Below, piece after piece: positions 12,051 to 22,050 of a stretch of DNA of 33,225 nucleotides (position 1 is the first letter of the stretch; each line of letters opens with the position of its first letter). The stretch is from assembly GCF_001194135.2 (NCBI RefSeq), contig NC_069007.1:9203616-9236840 (forward strand), in the 5' to 3' direction. A program made the position numbers and the translations under genes. The DNA is from Octopus bimaculoides. Taxonomy: Eukaryota. The notes under the pieces are model-generated. The model saw only the letters and a list, made by a program, of their open reading frames with translations, had not been told where the DNA came from and searched no databases.

Positions 12051-12184
12051 ATGTTCACCTATATTATACAAAATTTCCCTGACTTTGGTTCCTGTCTGTT
12101 CCAGTGAGACTTCCAGTATAAGAGCTACGAAAGCTGGTTTGGAAAGGTTCGTTACCTCCTCTATGTACTTATGCCTTTTGCACA

Positions 12185-12320
12185 TGTGGGAAGAAGCTTG
12201 TTTTCCAACCACATGGTTCTGAGTTCAGTCCCACTACACGGCCCCTTGGCCAAGTGTCTTCTACTATAGGCCAAGCCAACCAAAGCCTTGTGAGTGGATT
12301 TGATAGATAGAAATTAGAAG
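12185..12320 (+). mobile_element. SINE family A head and central-domain fragment
   Basis: GTGGGAAGAAGCTTGTTTTCCAACCACATGGTTCTGAGTTCAGTCCCAC...CAAAGCCTTGTGAGTGGATTTG. Confidence 0.85.
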
Positions 12321-12324
12321 AAAC

Positions 12325-12476
12325 TCATCATCATCATCATCATCTTTTAATGTCTGTCTTCCATGCTGGCAAGGGTTGGACAGTTTGAGAGGAGTTGGCA
12401 AGTCCAGGTGCCACACCAGGGGCTACTGTCTATTTTAGAATGATTTTAATAGCTGGATATCCTTCCTAATGCTAAC
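12325..12476 (-). mobile_element. RTE-LINE 3' tail fragment
   Basis: It has a (CAT)n tail followed by TTTAATGTCTGTCTTCCATGCTGGCAAGGGTTGGAC...GCTGGATATCCTTCCTAATGCTAAC. Confidence 0.8.
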
Positions 12477-12902
12477 GTATGTGTGTGTGTATGTGTGTGT
12501 TTGTGTTGAGCCCCGTTAATCACTGTGTGGCATCTGATGTTGGTTTGTTTACATCCGTAGTTAAGAGATGTAATGGATTCAATGTGATGGACTAAAATCT
12601 TCAAAGCTGTGTCCTAGCATTCCAATAATGGAAACAATTAGAAGGTAAAAAATACACACACACACACACACACACACATTCATTCACACACACACACACA
12701 ATCTCTTACACACACACATACTCTCTCACACACATACACACACGCATATTCATTCACACACACAATCTCTTACACACACCTACTCTCTCATATACACACT
12801 ATCACACACACACACACACTCTCTATCTCCTTCTCTCTCTCTCTCACACACACACACATCAACACCCTATCATTGGTAAGTAGTTTTCCCTTGGGAATAG
12901 AT

Positions 12903-13095
12903 CCTTTATCATTTATTTGTTTCAGTTATTTGACCGGCCATGCTGGAGGTCTTAGTTGAAAAATCGACCACAGGGCTTAATTTCTAAAAATGTGTACTTA
13001 TTCTGTTGCTTTCTCTTGTCCAGTTGTTAAGCTACGAGAACATGAACAATATAACATTGGTTATCAAATGCTGATAGGCGACGGACACACAAACA
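12903..13095 (-). mobile_element. Degenerate SINE family A tail
   Basis: TTTGTTTCAGTTATTTGACCGGCCATGCTGGAG...GTACTTATTCTG...GGACACACAAACAC. Confidence 0.7.
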
Positions 13096-13120
13096 CATGT
13101 ACATATATATATATACATAC

Positions 13121-13155
<35 letters not shown>

Positions 13156-13176
13156 AATATATACATATATATAAAT

Positions 13177-13217
<41 letters not shown>

Positions 13218-13297
13218 ATACATATATATAAATATATACATATATAAATATATATATATAGATATGTACATATGTAGATATATATATCTGTATGTAT

Positions 13298-13705
13298 AGG
13301 CGTAGGAGTGGCTGTGTGGTAAGTAGCTTGCTTACCAACCACATGGTCCCGGGTTCAGTCCCACTGCGTGACATCTTGGGCAAGTGTCTTCTACTATAGC
13401 CTCGGGCCGACCAAAGCCTTGTGAGTGGATTTGGTAGACGGAAACTGAATGAAGCCCGTCGTATATATGTATATATGTATGTGTGTGTATATGTTTGTGT
13501 GTCTGTGTTTGTCCCCTCAACATCGCTTGACAACCGATGCTGGTGTGTTTACGTCCCCGTAACTTAGCGGCACGGCAAAAGAGACCGATAGAATAAGTAC
13601 CAGGCTTCTAAAGAATAAGTCCTGGGGTCGATTTGCTCGACTAAAGGCGGTGCTCCAGCATGGCCACAGTCAAAAGACTGAAATAAGTAAAAGAGTAAAA
13701 GAGTA
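13298..13705 (+). mobile_element. SINE family A, full-length, close to consensus
   Basis: Head AGGCGTAGGAGTGGCTGTGTGG (A-box), GGTTCAGTCCC (B-box-like), CORE-like CTTGGGCAAGTGTC, central CAAAGCCTTGTGAGTGGATTTGG and tail GTAAAAGAGTAAAAGAGTA are all present. Confidence 0.95.
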
Positions 13706-13706
13706 T

Positions 13707-14010
13707 ATCTTTTATCTTTCTATGGGTTTCAGCCAGAGGCTGAGGTCATGCTGGTGCATCACTTTTACTGCATCCAGGGATTTTTCCAGTATTGCTTCTG
13801 GTGAAGTAGTGAGTTGGATGTTGCCACCCTTTTTTGTGCCTCCTGCCGCAATGTGTGTTCATCCAGAATTGCAGATAAAAAACTGTCTAGACGTTTTTTG
13901 AAGACTTTCATGTCTACACTTTGCAGATCTCTGATGCTCTGTGGTTGAGCATTAAAAAGTTGTGGTCCGTTGAATCCCAAGCTATTACAATATTTATAGT
14001 GAAAAATATT
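13707..14010 (-). mobile_element. CR1-type LINE 3' end (ORF2 C-terminus plus 3' UTR)
   Basis: The translation NSLGFNGPQLFNAQPQSIRDLQSVDMKVFKKRLDSFLSAILDE resembles CR1/L2-group ORF2 ends (LFN.LP...FK..LD.FL). It is followed by a short UTR ending GAAAGATAAAAAGAT. Confidence 0.8.
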
Positions 14011-14798
14011 GTATGTGGTTAGATGATATAAAGTCTATTTTTCACCATATATATATATATATATANNNNNNNNNNNNNNNNNNNNNNNNNNNNNNNNNNN
14101 NNNNNNNNNNNNNNNNNNNNNNNNNNNNNNNNNNNNNNNNNNNNNNNNNNNNNNNNNNNNNNNNNNNNNNNNNNNNNNNNNNNNNNNNNNNNNNNNNNNN
14201 NNNNNNNNNNNNNNNNNNNNNNNNNNNNNNNNNNNNNNNNNNNNNNNNNNNNNNNNNNNNNNNNNNNNNNNNNNNNNNNNNNNNNNNNNNNNNNNNNNNN
14301 NNNNNNNNNNNNNNNNNNNNNNNNNNNNNNNNNNNNNNNNNNNNNNNNNNNNNNNNNNNNNNNNNNNNNNNNNNNNNNNNNNNNNNNNNNNNNNNNNNNN
14401 NNNNNNNNNNNNNNNNNNNNNNNNNNNNNNNNNNNNNNNNNNNNNNNNNNNNNNNNNNNNNNNNNNNNNNNNNNNNNNNNNNNNNNNNNNNNNNNNNNNN
14501 NNNNNNNNNNNNNNNNNNNNNNNNNNNNNNNNNNNNNNNNNNNNNNNNNNNNNNNNNNNNNNNNNNNNNNNNNNNNNNNNNNNNNNNNNNNNNNNNNNNN
14601 NNNNNNNNNNNNNNNNNNNNNNNNNNNNNNNNNNNNNNNNNNNNNNNNNNNNNNNNNNNNNNNNNNNNNNNNNNNNNNNNNNNNNNNNNNNNNNNNNNNN
14701 NNNNNAATAAGGGAAAATAAACAGAGAGAGAGAGTGGAAAAAATTTGTGGATTTCAGTGGTCTAGCATGGCATATATATACATATGTATTTATATGTA

Positions 14799-15211
14799 TA
14801 CTCTTTTACTCGTTTCAGTCTTTTAACTGTGGCCATGCTGGAGCACCACCTTTAGTCGAGCAAATCGACCCCAGGACTTATTCTTTGGAAACCTAGTACT
14901 TATTCTATCGGTCTGTTTTGCCGAACCGCTAAGTTACGGGGACATAAACACACCAGCATCGGTTGTCAAGCGATGTTGGGGGGTGGGGGGGCGGACAAAC
15001 ACAGACATACAAACACATACACACATACAGACATATATACATATATATGACAGGCTTCTTTCAGTTTCCATCTACCAAATCCACTCACAACGCTTTGGTC
15101 GTCCCGAGGCTATAGTAGAAGACATTTGCCCAAGATGCCACGCAGTGGGACTGAACCCGGGACCATGTGGTTGGTAAGCAAGCTACTTACCACACAGCCA
15201 CTCCTACGCCT
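14799..15211 (-). mobile_element. SINE family A, full-length
   Basis: It is a near-consensus reverse copy, from the tail TACTCTTTTACTCGTTTCAGTC to the head CCACACAGCCACTCCTACGCCT. Confidence 0.95.
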
Positions 15212-15265
15212 ATATGTATGTGTGTGTGTATATATGTATATGTGTGTATGTATTAGTATATATAC

Positions 15266-15329
<64 letters not shown>

Positions 15330-15331
<2 letters not shown>

Positions 15332-16364
15332 TGCATCTAAGAAGTAAGTCAGTTGCGGGGGTGGATGCTCTGAGAGCATAGCTGCTAGAATAAGAATAGC
15401 CTGGGCAAAGTTCAGAGAGCTCCTACCTCAGCTGGTATCAAAGTGCATCTCACTCAGAGTGAAAGATAGACTGTATGGTGCATGTGTGCGAACAGCCATG
15501 CTACACAGCAGTGAAACATGGGCTTGGACTGCTGAGGACATGCATAGGCTTGAAAGAAATGAAGCTAATATGCTCTGCTGGATGTGTAATGTTAGTGTGC
15601 TTACACGAAAGAGTGGAAGCACCCTGAGAGAAAAGTTGGACATAAGAAGCATCAGATGTGGTGTGCAAGAGAGACAACTGTGCTGGTGTGGTCATGTGTT
15701 ACGTATGGATGAGGACAGCTGTGTGAAGAAGTGTCAAACCCTAACAGTGCTGGGAACCTTTGGAAGATGTAGACCTAGGAAGATCTGGAATGAGGTGGTG
15801 AAGCACGACCTTTGAATGTTGGGCCTCACAGTGGCAATGACAAGCGACCAAGACCTTTGGAGGTATGCTGTGCTTGAGAAGACCTAGCAAGCTATGTGAG
15901 ATCATAGCCGTGGCCTATGTCAGTGTTGCATAACCAATCCATTTAAGAGTACCCTTCCATCGTCAGGTAATATGCTGTGCATGAGAAGACCTGTTGAGTC
16001 AAGTGAAATCATTGTCATGGCCAATGCCAGTATTGCCTGACTGGCTCCCATGCTGGTGCCAAGTAAAAAGCACCATATGAGCATGGTCAATGCCAGTGCC
16101 ACGTGATTGGCTCCTGTGCCAGTGGCACATAAAAAGTGCCATTTGAGCGTGGTCGATGCCAGTGCTGCCTGACTGGCCCTTGCACCAGTGACACATAAAA
16201 AGCGCCCACTACACTCTCGGAGTGGTTGGCATTAGGAAAGGCATCTAGCTGTAGAAACCTTGTCAGATCAGATTGGAGCTTAGTGCAGCCTCCTGGCTTC
16301 CCAGACCCCGGTCGAACCATCCAATCCATGCCAGCATGGAAAGCGGATGTTAAATGATGATGAT
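15330..16364 (+). mobile_element. 5'-truncated RTE-clade LINE (post-RT C-terminal ORF remnant, 3' UTR, (ATG)n tail)
   Basis: The frame from 15351 reads GGGCSESIAARIRIAWAKFRELLP...LYGACVRTAMLHSSETW...LCWCGHVLRM...GRCRPRKIW. These match the RTE-typical motifs AW..F, LYG.ETW, W.GHV.R and GRPRK.W. There are in-frame stops after 15815. Confidence 0.92.
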
Positions 16365-17429
16365 TATGTATATTTATGTATGTGAATATATATGTGTGTG
16401 TGTGTGTGTGTATGTACATTTATATATATGTGTGTGTATCTGAGTGAGTTTGTGTGTATACATATATATTCTTATATATATATATNNNNNNNNNNNNNNN
16501 NNNNNNNNNNNNNNNNNNNNNNNNNNNNNNNNNNNNNNNNNNNNNNNNNNNNNNNNNNNNNNNNNNNNNNNNNNNNNNNNNNNNNNNNNNNNNNNNNNNN
16601 NNNNNNNNNNNNNNNNNNNNNNNNNNNNNNNNNNNNNNNNNNNNNNNNNNNNNNNNNNNNNNNNNNNNNNNNNNNNNNNNNNNNNNNNNNNNNNNNNNNN
16701 NNNNNNNNNNNNNNNNNNNNNNNNNNNNNNNNNNNNNNNNNNNNNNNNNNNNNNNNNNNNNNNNNNNNNNNNNNNNNNNNNNNNNNNNNNNNNNNNNNNN
16801 NNNNNNNNNNNNNNNNNNNNNNNNNNNNNNNNNNNNNNNNNNNNNNNNNNNNNNNNNNNNNNNNNNNNNNNNNNNNNNNNNNNNNNNNNNNNNNNNNNNN
16901 NNNNNNNNNNNNNNNNNNNNNNNNNNNNNNNNNNNNNNNNNNNNNNNNNNNNNNNNNNNNNNNNNNNNNNNNNNNNNNNNNNNNNNNNNNNNNNNNNNNN
17001 NNNNNNNNNNNNNNNNNNNNNNNNNNNNNNNNNNNNNNNNNNNNNNNNNNNNNNNNNNNNNNNNNNNNNNNNNNNNNNNNNNNNNNNNNNNNNNNNNNNN
17101 NNNNNNNNNNNNNNNNNNNNNNNNNNNNNNNNNNNNNNNNNNNNNNNNNNNNNNNNNNNNNNNNNNNNNNNNNNNNNNNNNNNNNNNNNNNNNNNNNNNN
17201 NNNNNNNNNNNNNNNNNNNNNNNNNNNNNNNNNNNNNNNNNNNNNNNNNNNNNNNNNNNNNNNNNNNNNNNNNNNNNNNNNNNNNNNNNNNNNNNNNNNN
17301 NNNNNNNNNNNNNNNNNNNNNNNNNNNNNNNNNNNNNNNNNNNNNNNNNNNNNNNNNNNNNNNNNNNNNNNNNNNNNNNNNNNNNNNNNNNNNNNNNNNN
17401 NNNNNNNNNNNNNNNNNNNNNNNNNNNNN

Positions 17430-17469
<40 letters not shown>

Positions 17470-17678
17470 CTCTGTGCTTGGCTAACACTTTATTCTGAAG
17501 CAAATATACATAGAGATCTAAAACAAACTTATTAGTATCGCTATAATTAAGTCAATTAATTTATACATCCATATCGGTTAATGGTTATTTTCTATAATTT
17601 TCTCGCTAGATTAAGTGTTCGTTTCTATTTTTGTCTTCTGCAATTTTATTTTTGGATCTTCTATATATATATATATAT

Positions 17679-17913
17679 GAAGAACTTTCCTCTGTCTGGC
17701 TGTTTTTCTCTCTACAAAACAGAAAGTTGCATTATGGAACAGTCATTTTAACGAGATATTTTATTTATCACATGATGAGATACATCTGTACCACTGGATA
17801 TCCCTGAACCAGTTGTAGAGTGTTTAACCCAAGAGAAATCTATGCTAGATATGTCGAAACAATTGTCGTGATTAATAATATATTTTCGTATATTCCATCT
17901 TGTCTTTCATTTG

Positions 17914-17919
<6 letters not shown>
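17679..17919 (+). mobile_element. ~240-bp (TA)n-embedded unit carrying a hammerhead fold (Penelope-like pLTR or retrozyme-like)
   Basis: It is bounded by (TA)n on both sides, contains the hammerhead fold at 17751-17889, ends in a T-rich TTGTCTTT...ATT tail, and shares ACTTTCCTCTGTCT with the unit at 19765-19955. Confidence 0.6.
17751..17889 (+). ncRNA. Type I hammerhead ribozyme fold with extended stems (C3A core variant, probably inactive)
   Basis: Stem I is TTATTTATCAC/GTGATTAATAA (10 of 11 pairs, extendable via ACGAGA/TTTTCGT). The core is ATGATGA (17772-17778). Stem II is GATACATCTG/TAGATATGTC, followed by GAAA (17856-17859), palindromic stem III ACAATTGT and a GUC site (17865-17867). 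Confidence 0.72.
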
Positions 17920-17953
<34 letters not shown>

Positions 17954-18394
17954 NNNNNNNNNNNNNNNNNNNNNNNNNNNNNNNNNNNNNNNNNNNNNNN
18001 NNNNNNNNNNNNNNNNNNNNNNNNNNNNNNNNNNNNNNNNNNNNNNNNNNNNNNNNNNNNNNNNNNNNNNNNNNNNNNNNNNNNNNNNNNNNNNNNNNNN
18101 NNNNNNNNNNNNNNNNNNNNNNNNNNNNNNNNNNNNNNNNNNNNNNNNNNNNNNNNNNNNNNNNNNNNNNNNNNNNNNNNNNNNNNNNNNNNNNNNNNNN
18201 NNNNNNNNNNNNNNNNNNNNNNNNNNNNNNNNNNNNNNNNNNNNNNNNNNNNNNNNNNNNNNNNNNNNNNNNNNNNNNNNNNNNNNNNNNNNNNNNNNNN
18301 NNNNNNNNNNNNNNNNNNNNNNNNNNNNNNNNNNNNNNNNNNNNNNNNNNNNNNNNNNNNNNNNNNNNNNNNNNNNNNNNNNNNNNNNNNNNNN

Positions 18395-18435
<41 letters not shown>

Positions 18436-18563
18436 TACATGCATACATACATACATATTTACTTACAGATATGTATTGTCACTATGAGGATATTGAAATC
18501 ACTTATAGGGATATTTTTTTCCAAATATCTCTTCAAAATACATACATATATATATATAGTTGA

Positions 18564-18923
18564 AGGAGTGGATGTGTGGTAAGTAGCTTGCTTAACAACC
18601 ACATGGTCCTGGGTTCAGTCCTACAGCGTGGCACCTTGGGCAAGTGTCAAGCCTTGTGAGTGGATTTGGTATACGGAAACTGTAAGAAGCCCATCCTATA
18701 TATATATATTTATATATGTTTGTGTTTGTGTGTCTGTGTTTGTCCCCTCACCATCACTTGACAACCGATGTTAGTCCCCGTAACCTAGTGGTTTGGCAAA
18801 AGACACTAATAGAATAAGCACTAGGCCCACAAAGAATAAGTCCTGGGGTCAATTTGTCTGACTAAAGGCAGTGCTCCAGCATGGCTGCAGTCAAATGACT
18901 GAAACAAATAAAGAATAAAAGAA
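18564..18923 (+). mobile_element. SINE family A copy with internal deletions
   Basis: It runs from the head AGGAGTGGATGTGTGGTAAGTAGCTTGC to the tail CTGAAACAAATAAAGAATAAAAGAAT. Confidence 0.9.
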
Positions 18924-18931
18924 TATATATG

Positions 18932-18966
<35 letters not shown>

Positions 18967-19442
18967 GTGTGTGTATATATATGTGTATATGTGTGTATAT
19001 ATATGTGTGTGTGTGCGTGTGTGTGTACCTCTGTCTCCTTGTATGTGCATGTCTGAGTGTGTTTTTGTGTATGGGTTTTTTGCAACTATGTACTGTGTCT
19101 GTATGAGTGTGTTTCTCGATATGTGTGGACGTGTAACTCCATATGTGTCCTTGTGTGAAGTGAAGAGTGTGTATATATATATGGTCATGTGTTTCAGTCT
19201 TCATTTGCATATGTGTGTGTATGTGTGCTTGTCTGTTCATATTACCAATGTACATATCCGTCAGCGTGTCTATCTTTTTACTTTCATATCCATTTCCCTA
19301 CATACATGTACACATACACATATACACACCCCCACACCCCACACACATATACATACATCAACTACATAACAGCCCAATAACTATTCTACTCTACCTGTAT
19401 AAACTGTGGGTATTGGGGTATGATATCTGCTACATACATTTC

Positions 19443-19473
<31 letters not shown>

Positions 19474-19483
19474 CGTGAAAACA

Positions 19484-19702
19484 CATTCGAGCGTGGCCGT
19501 TGTCAGTACCGCCTGACTGGACCTTGTGCCGGTGGCACATAAAAGCACCCACTACACTCTTGGAATGGTTGGCGTTAGGAAGGGCATCCAGCTGTACAAA
19601 CTCTGCCAGATCAGATTGGGGCCTGGTGTAGCCACCTGGTTCGCCAGTCCTCAGTCAAATCATCCAACCCATGCCAACATGGAAAGCGGACGTTAAACGA
19701 TA

Positions 19703-19743
<41 letters not shown>
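19484..19743 (+). mobile_element. RTE-LINE 3' UTR copy with (GAT)n tail
   Basis: It is colinear with 16140-16364 (GAGCGTGG...ACTACACTC...GGCGTTAGGAAGGGCATCCAGC...GGAAAGCGGACGTTAAACGAT). Confidence 0.9.
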
Positions 19744-19764
19744 ATATATATATATATATATATA

Positions 19765-19955
19765 TAATTAATACAAAAAAAGAAGAAAAAGACAACAATG
19801 TGAGGATGTGATACATGCAAAGTATTGATAGATGCTGAGGGAAGGAAAGAAAGGTAGTTTTATGTTTCGAGCAAAGCTCTTCATCAGAAACAGGAGACAG
19901 AGGAAAGTCCAAGAGACTAGGAAGATGGAGGAAAATAAAAATCGCTAATAATCCA
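19765..19955 (-). mobile_element. Penelope-like element pseudo-LTR or retrozyme-like monomer
   Basis: It contains a minimal hammerhead, ends (minus strand) ...TTGTCTTTTTCTTCTTTTTTTGTATTAATTA directly into (TA)n, and has no ORF. Minimal hammerheads are an established feature of PLE pLTRs. Confidence 0.7.
19857..19891 (-). ncRNA. Minimal Type I hammerhead ribozyme motif
   Basis: The minus strand reads GTTT-CTGATGA-A-GAGC TTT GCTC-GAA-AC AT-A-AAAC. This gives a 4-bp stem I, an intact CUGAUGA core with one extra A, a 4-bp stem II, GAAA, and a loopless stem III ACAT (probably CpG-decayed ACGT). Confidence 0.85.
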
Positions 19956-20204
19956 CATGTAAGATGACCAAAAGGGAATGGGTGAAGTAAAAGTTGTTTC
20001 TAAGACAGGAGAGTGTAAGAGAAGGAGGTATGTGTGGGTATGTGTGGGTATGCGTGTGCATGCAAGTGTGTGTGTGTGTGTATGTGGTGTTGAATGTTTG
20101 TATGTGTATGTGTGAGTGAACTTTGTGTCTGTTAATATTGTAGGAAGAATTCAGCATGTGTATAGATACATAGACAAACAGACAGACAGATATATATATA
20201 TATT

Positions 20205-20399
20205 TATAATTAACAAAATATGGTAAAAATTCGATATTAATTAATATCAATTTAATACCAGGAAACTAGCACATTAAAAGAATCAGAAGGTTCTTGAAAA
20301 AATTTTTGGGAGATCCTAAAAAGATTATAGTACTTGTAGACCGGTCACTGGTCAATCATATATACTTCTAGCATTTTGACAGACCGGTCACTGGTCAAT

Positions 20400-20400
<1 letters not shown>
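20205..20400 (-). mobile_element. Second (TA)n-embedded unit with a PLE-like end and an internal 20-bp direct repeat
   Basis: It ends ...TTTTGTTAATTATA on the minus strand, like 19765-19955. AGACCGGTCACTGGTCAATC occurs at 20338-20357 and 20381-20400. Confidence 0.4.
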
Positions 20401-20437
<37 letters not shown>

Positions 20438-20513
20438 TAGATAGATAGATAGATAGATAAATAGAGAGAGAGAGAGATAAATAGAGAGAGAGGTAGATAG
20501 ATAGATAGAGAGG

Positions 20514-20546
<33 letters not shown>

Positions 20547-21809
20547 GGATGCGTATGGATATGTAAAGGAAACAATGATGATAATGGTGATGGTGACACT
20601 AGTATTAGTAACAATATTGGGGATGGTGGTGATGGTGTGGTGGTGGTGGTGGTGGTGGTGGAGTTGAAGACAGGCCTGGTAACTGGTGATAATAGTGTTA
20701 ACGATGATGCTGCTGGTGCTGTTATTGGTGGCAATGGCGGTAAGTTGGATAGTGGTAGTGGCGATGGTGATGATGGTGATGACAGTGATGACGACATAGC
20801 AACACAGTAATTAAATAAATGGTGATGAGAATGACAATAGCAACATCAACCCAATTAGCAATGAACGTGGTGGTTGCGGTGGTTGTGGTGGTGTTGTAGT
20901 AATTGTGGTGGTTGCAGTGGCAGTGGTGTAAGCTGTTCTGTTACTGATGATGATGATGATGATGAAATTGGTAAGATCAACTCAATTAGTGAGGCATCGG
21001 GTGGTGGTGGTGGTGGTGCTGGGAGTGGTGGTTGTGACTGTAATGGCTGTGGTGGTGGTGGTGGTGGTGGTGGTGGTGNNNNNNNNNNNNNNNNNNNNNN
21101 NNNNNNNNNNNNNNNNNNNNNNNNNNNNNNNNNNNNNNNNNNNNNNNNNNNNNNNNNNNNNNNNNNNNNNNNNNNNNNNNNNNNNNNNNNNNNNNNNNNN
21201 NNNNNNNNNNNNNNNNNNNNNNNNNNNNNNNNNNNNNNNNNNNNNNNNNNNNNNNNNNNNNNNNNNNNNNNNNNNNNNNNNNNNNNNNNNNNNNNNNNNN
21301 NNNNNNNNNNNNNNNNNNNNNNNNNNNNNNNNNNNNNNNNNNNNNNNNNNNNNNAATGGTGTGGTGCTGGTGGTAGTGGTGATGTTGTGGTGCTGGTGGT
21401 AGTGACAATGATGATAGTGGTGGTGTTGGTGGTGGCTAAGATGATGATGATGATGATAATGATTGTGATGATGACAACGATGACGATGATGATGAGGAGG
21501 AGGAGGAGGAGGAGGAGGAGGAGGAAGATGACAATACCAACATCAATTCAATTAGTGTTGTATACAATCACAACGATGACAATGATGATGACGATGATGA
21601 TGATGATGATGATGTCAGCCAAAACAACAACAACAACAACAAGTTTAATAAGCAAGAAAATAAAGCCATAGAGATTTGTTTGAAACATCAAGATGTTCTC
21701 CTTAAGTGGCATGAACACACCTGCTTCCCACTTGTTTTCACTGTTGCCTAGATACACTTACACATACACACACACACATGTATACACACACACACACATA
21801 CACAGACAT

Positions 21810-22050
21810 ACACATACATAATGAATAAACACATGTATCTACACACTTGCCAACATACACACACACACACACACATATATACACACACAAACACACATAC
21901 ATAATGAATAAACACATGTACCTACACACTTGCCAACATACACACACACACACACACACATACACATATATACACACACATACACACACAAACACACACA
22001 CATACATAGTGAATAAACACATGTATCCGCACACTTGCCAACATACACAC
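21810..22050. repeat. Three ~40-bp conserved cores separated by variable (CA)n-rich spacers
   Basis: (A/G)TGAATAAACACATGTA..CACACTTGCCAACATAC starts at 21821, 21904 and 22009. Confidence 0.85.

Noticed and set aside
13298-13380. tRNA gene at SINE heads
   Set aside because: A- and B-box-like motifs are present, but there is no complete cloverleaf or acceptor stem and the sequence continues into SINE body.
19565-19600. Possible HDV-like ribozyme in the RTE motif GGCGTTAGGAAGGGCATCCAGC
   Set aside because: I could not assemble the nested double pseudoknot (P1, P1.1, P2, P3) by eye, and it lies in the 3' UTR rather than the 5' end where RTE HDV-like ribozymes are reported.
21810-22050. CRISPR-like repeat-spacer pattern
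   Set aside because: The spacers are (CA)n microsatellite of unequal length, there are only three units, there are no cas genes, and the context is eukaryotic.
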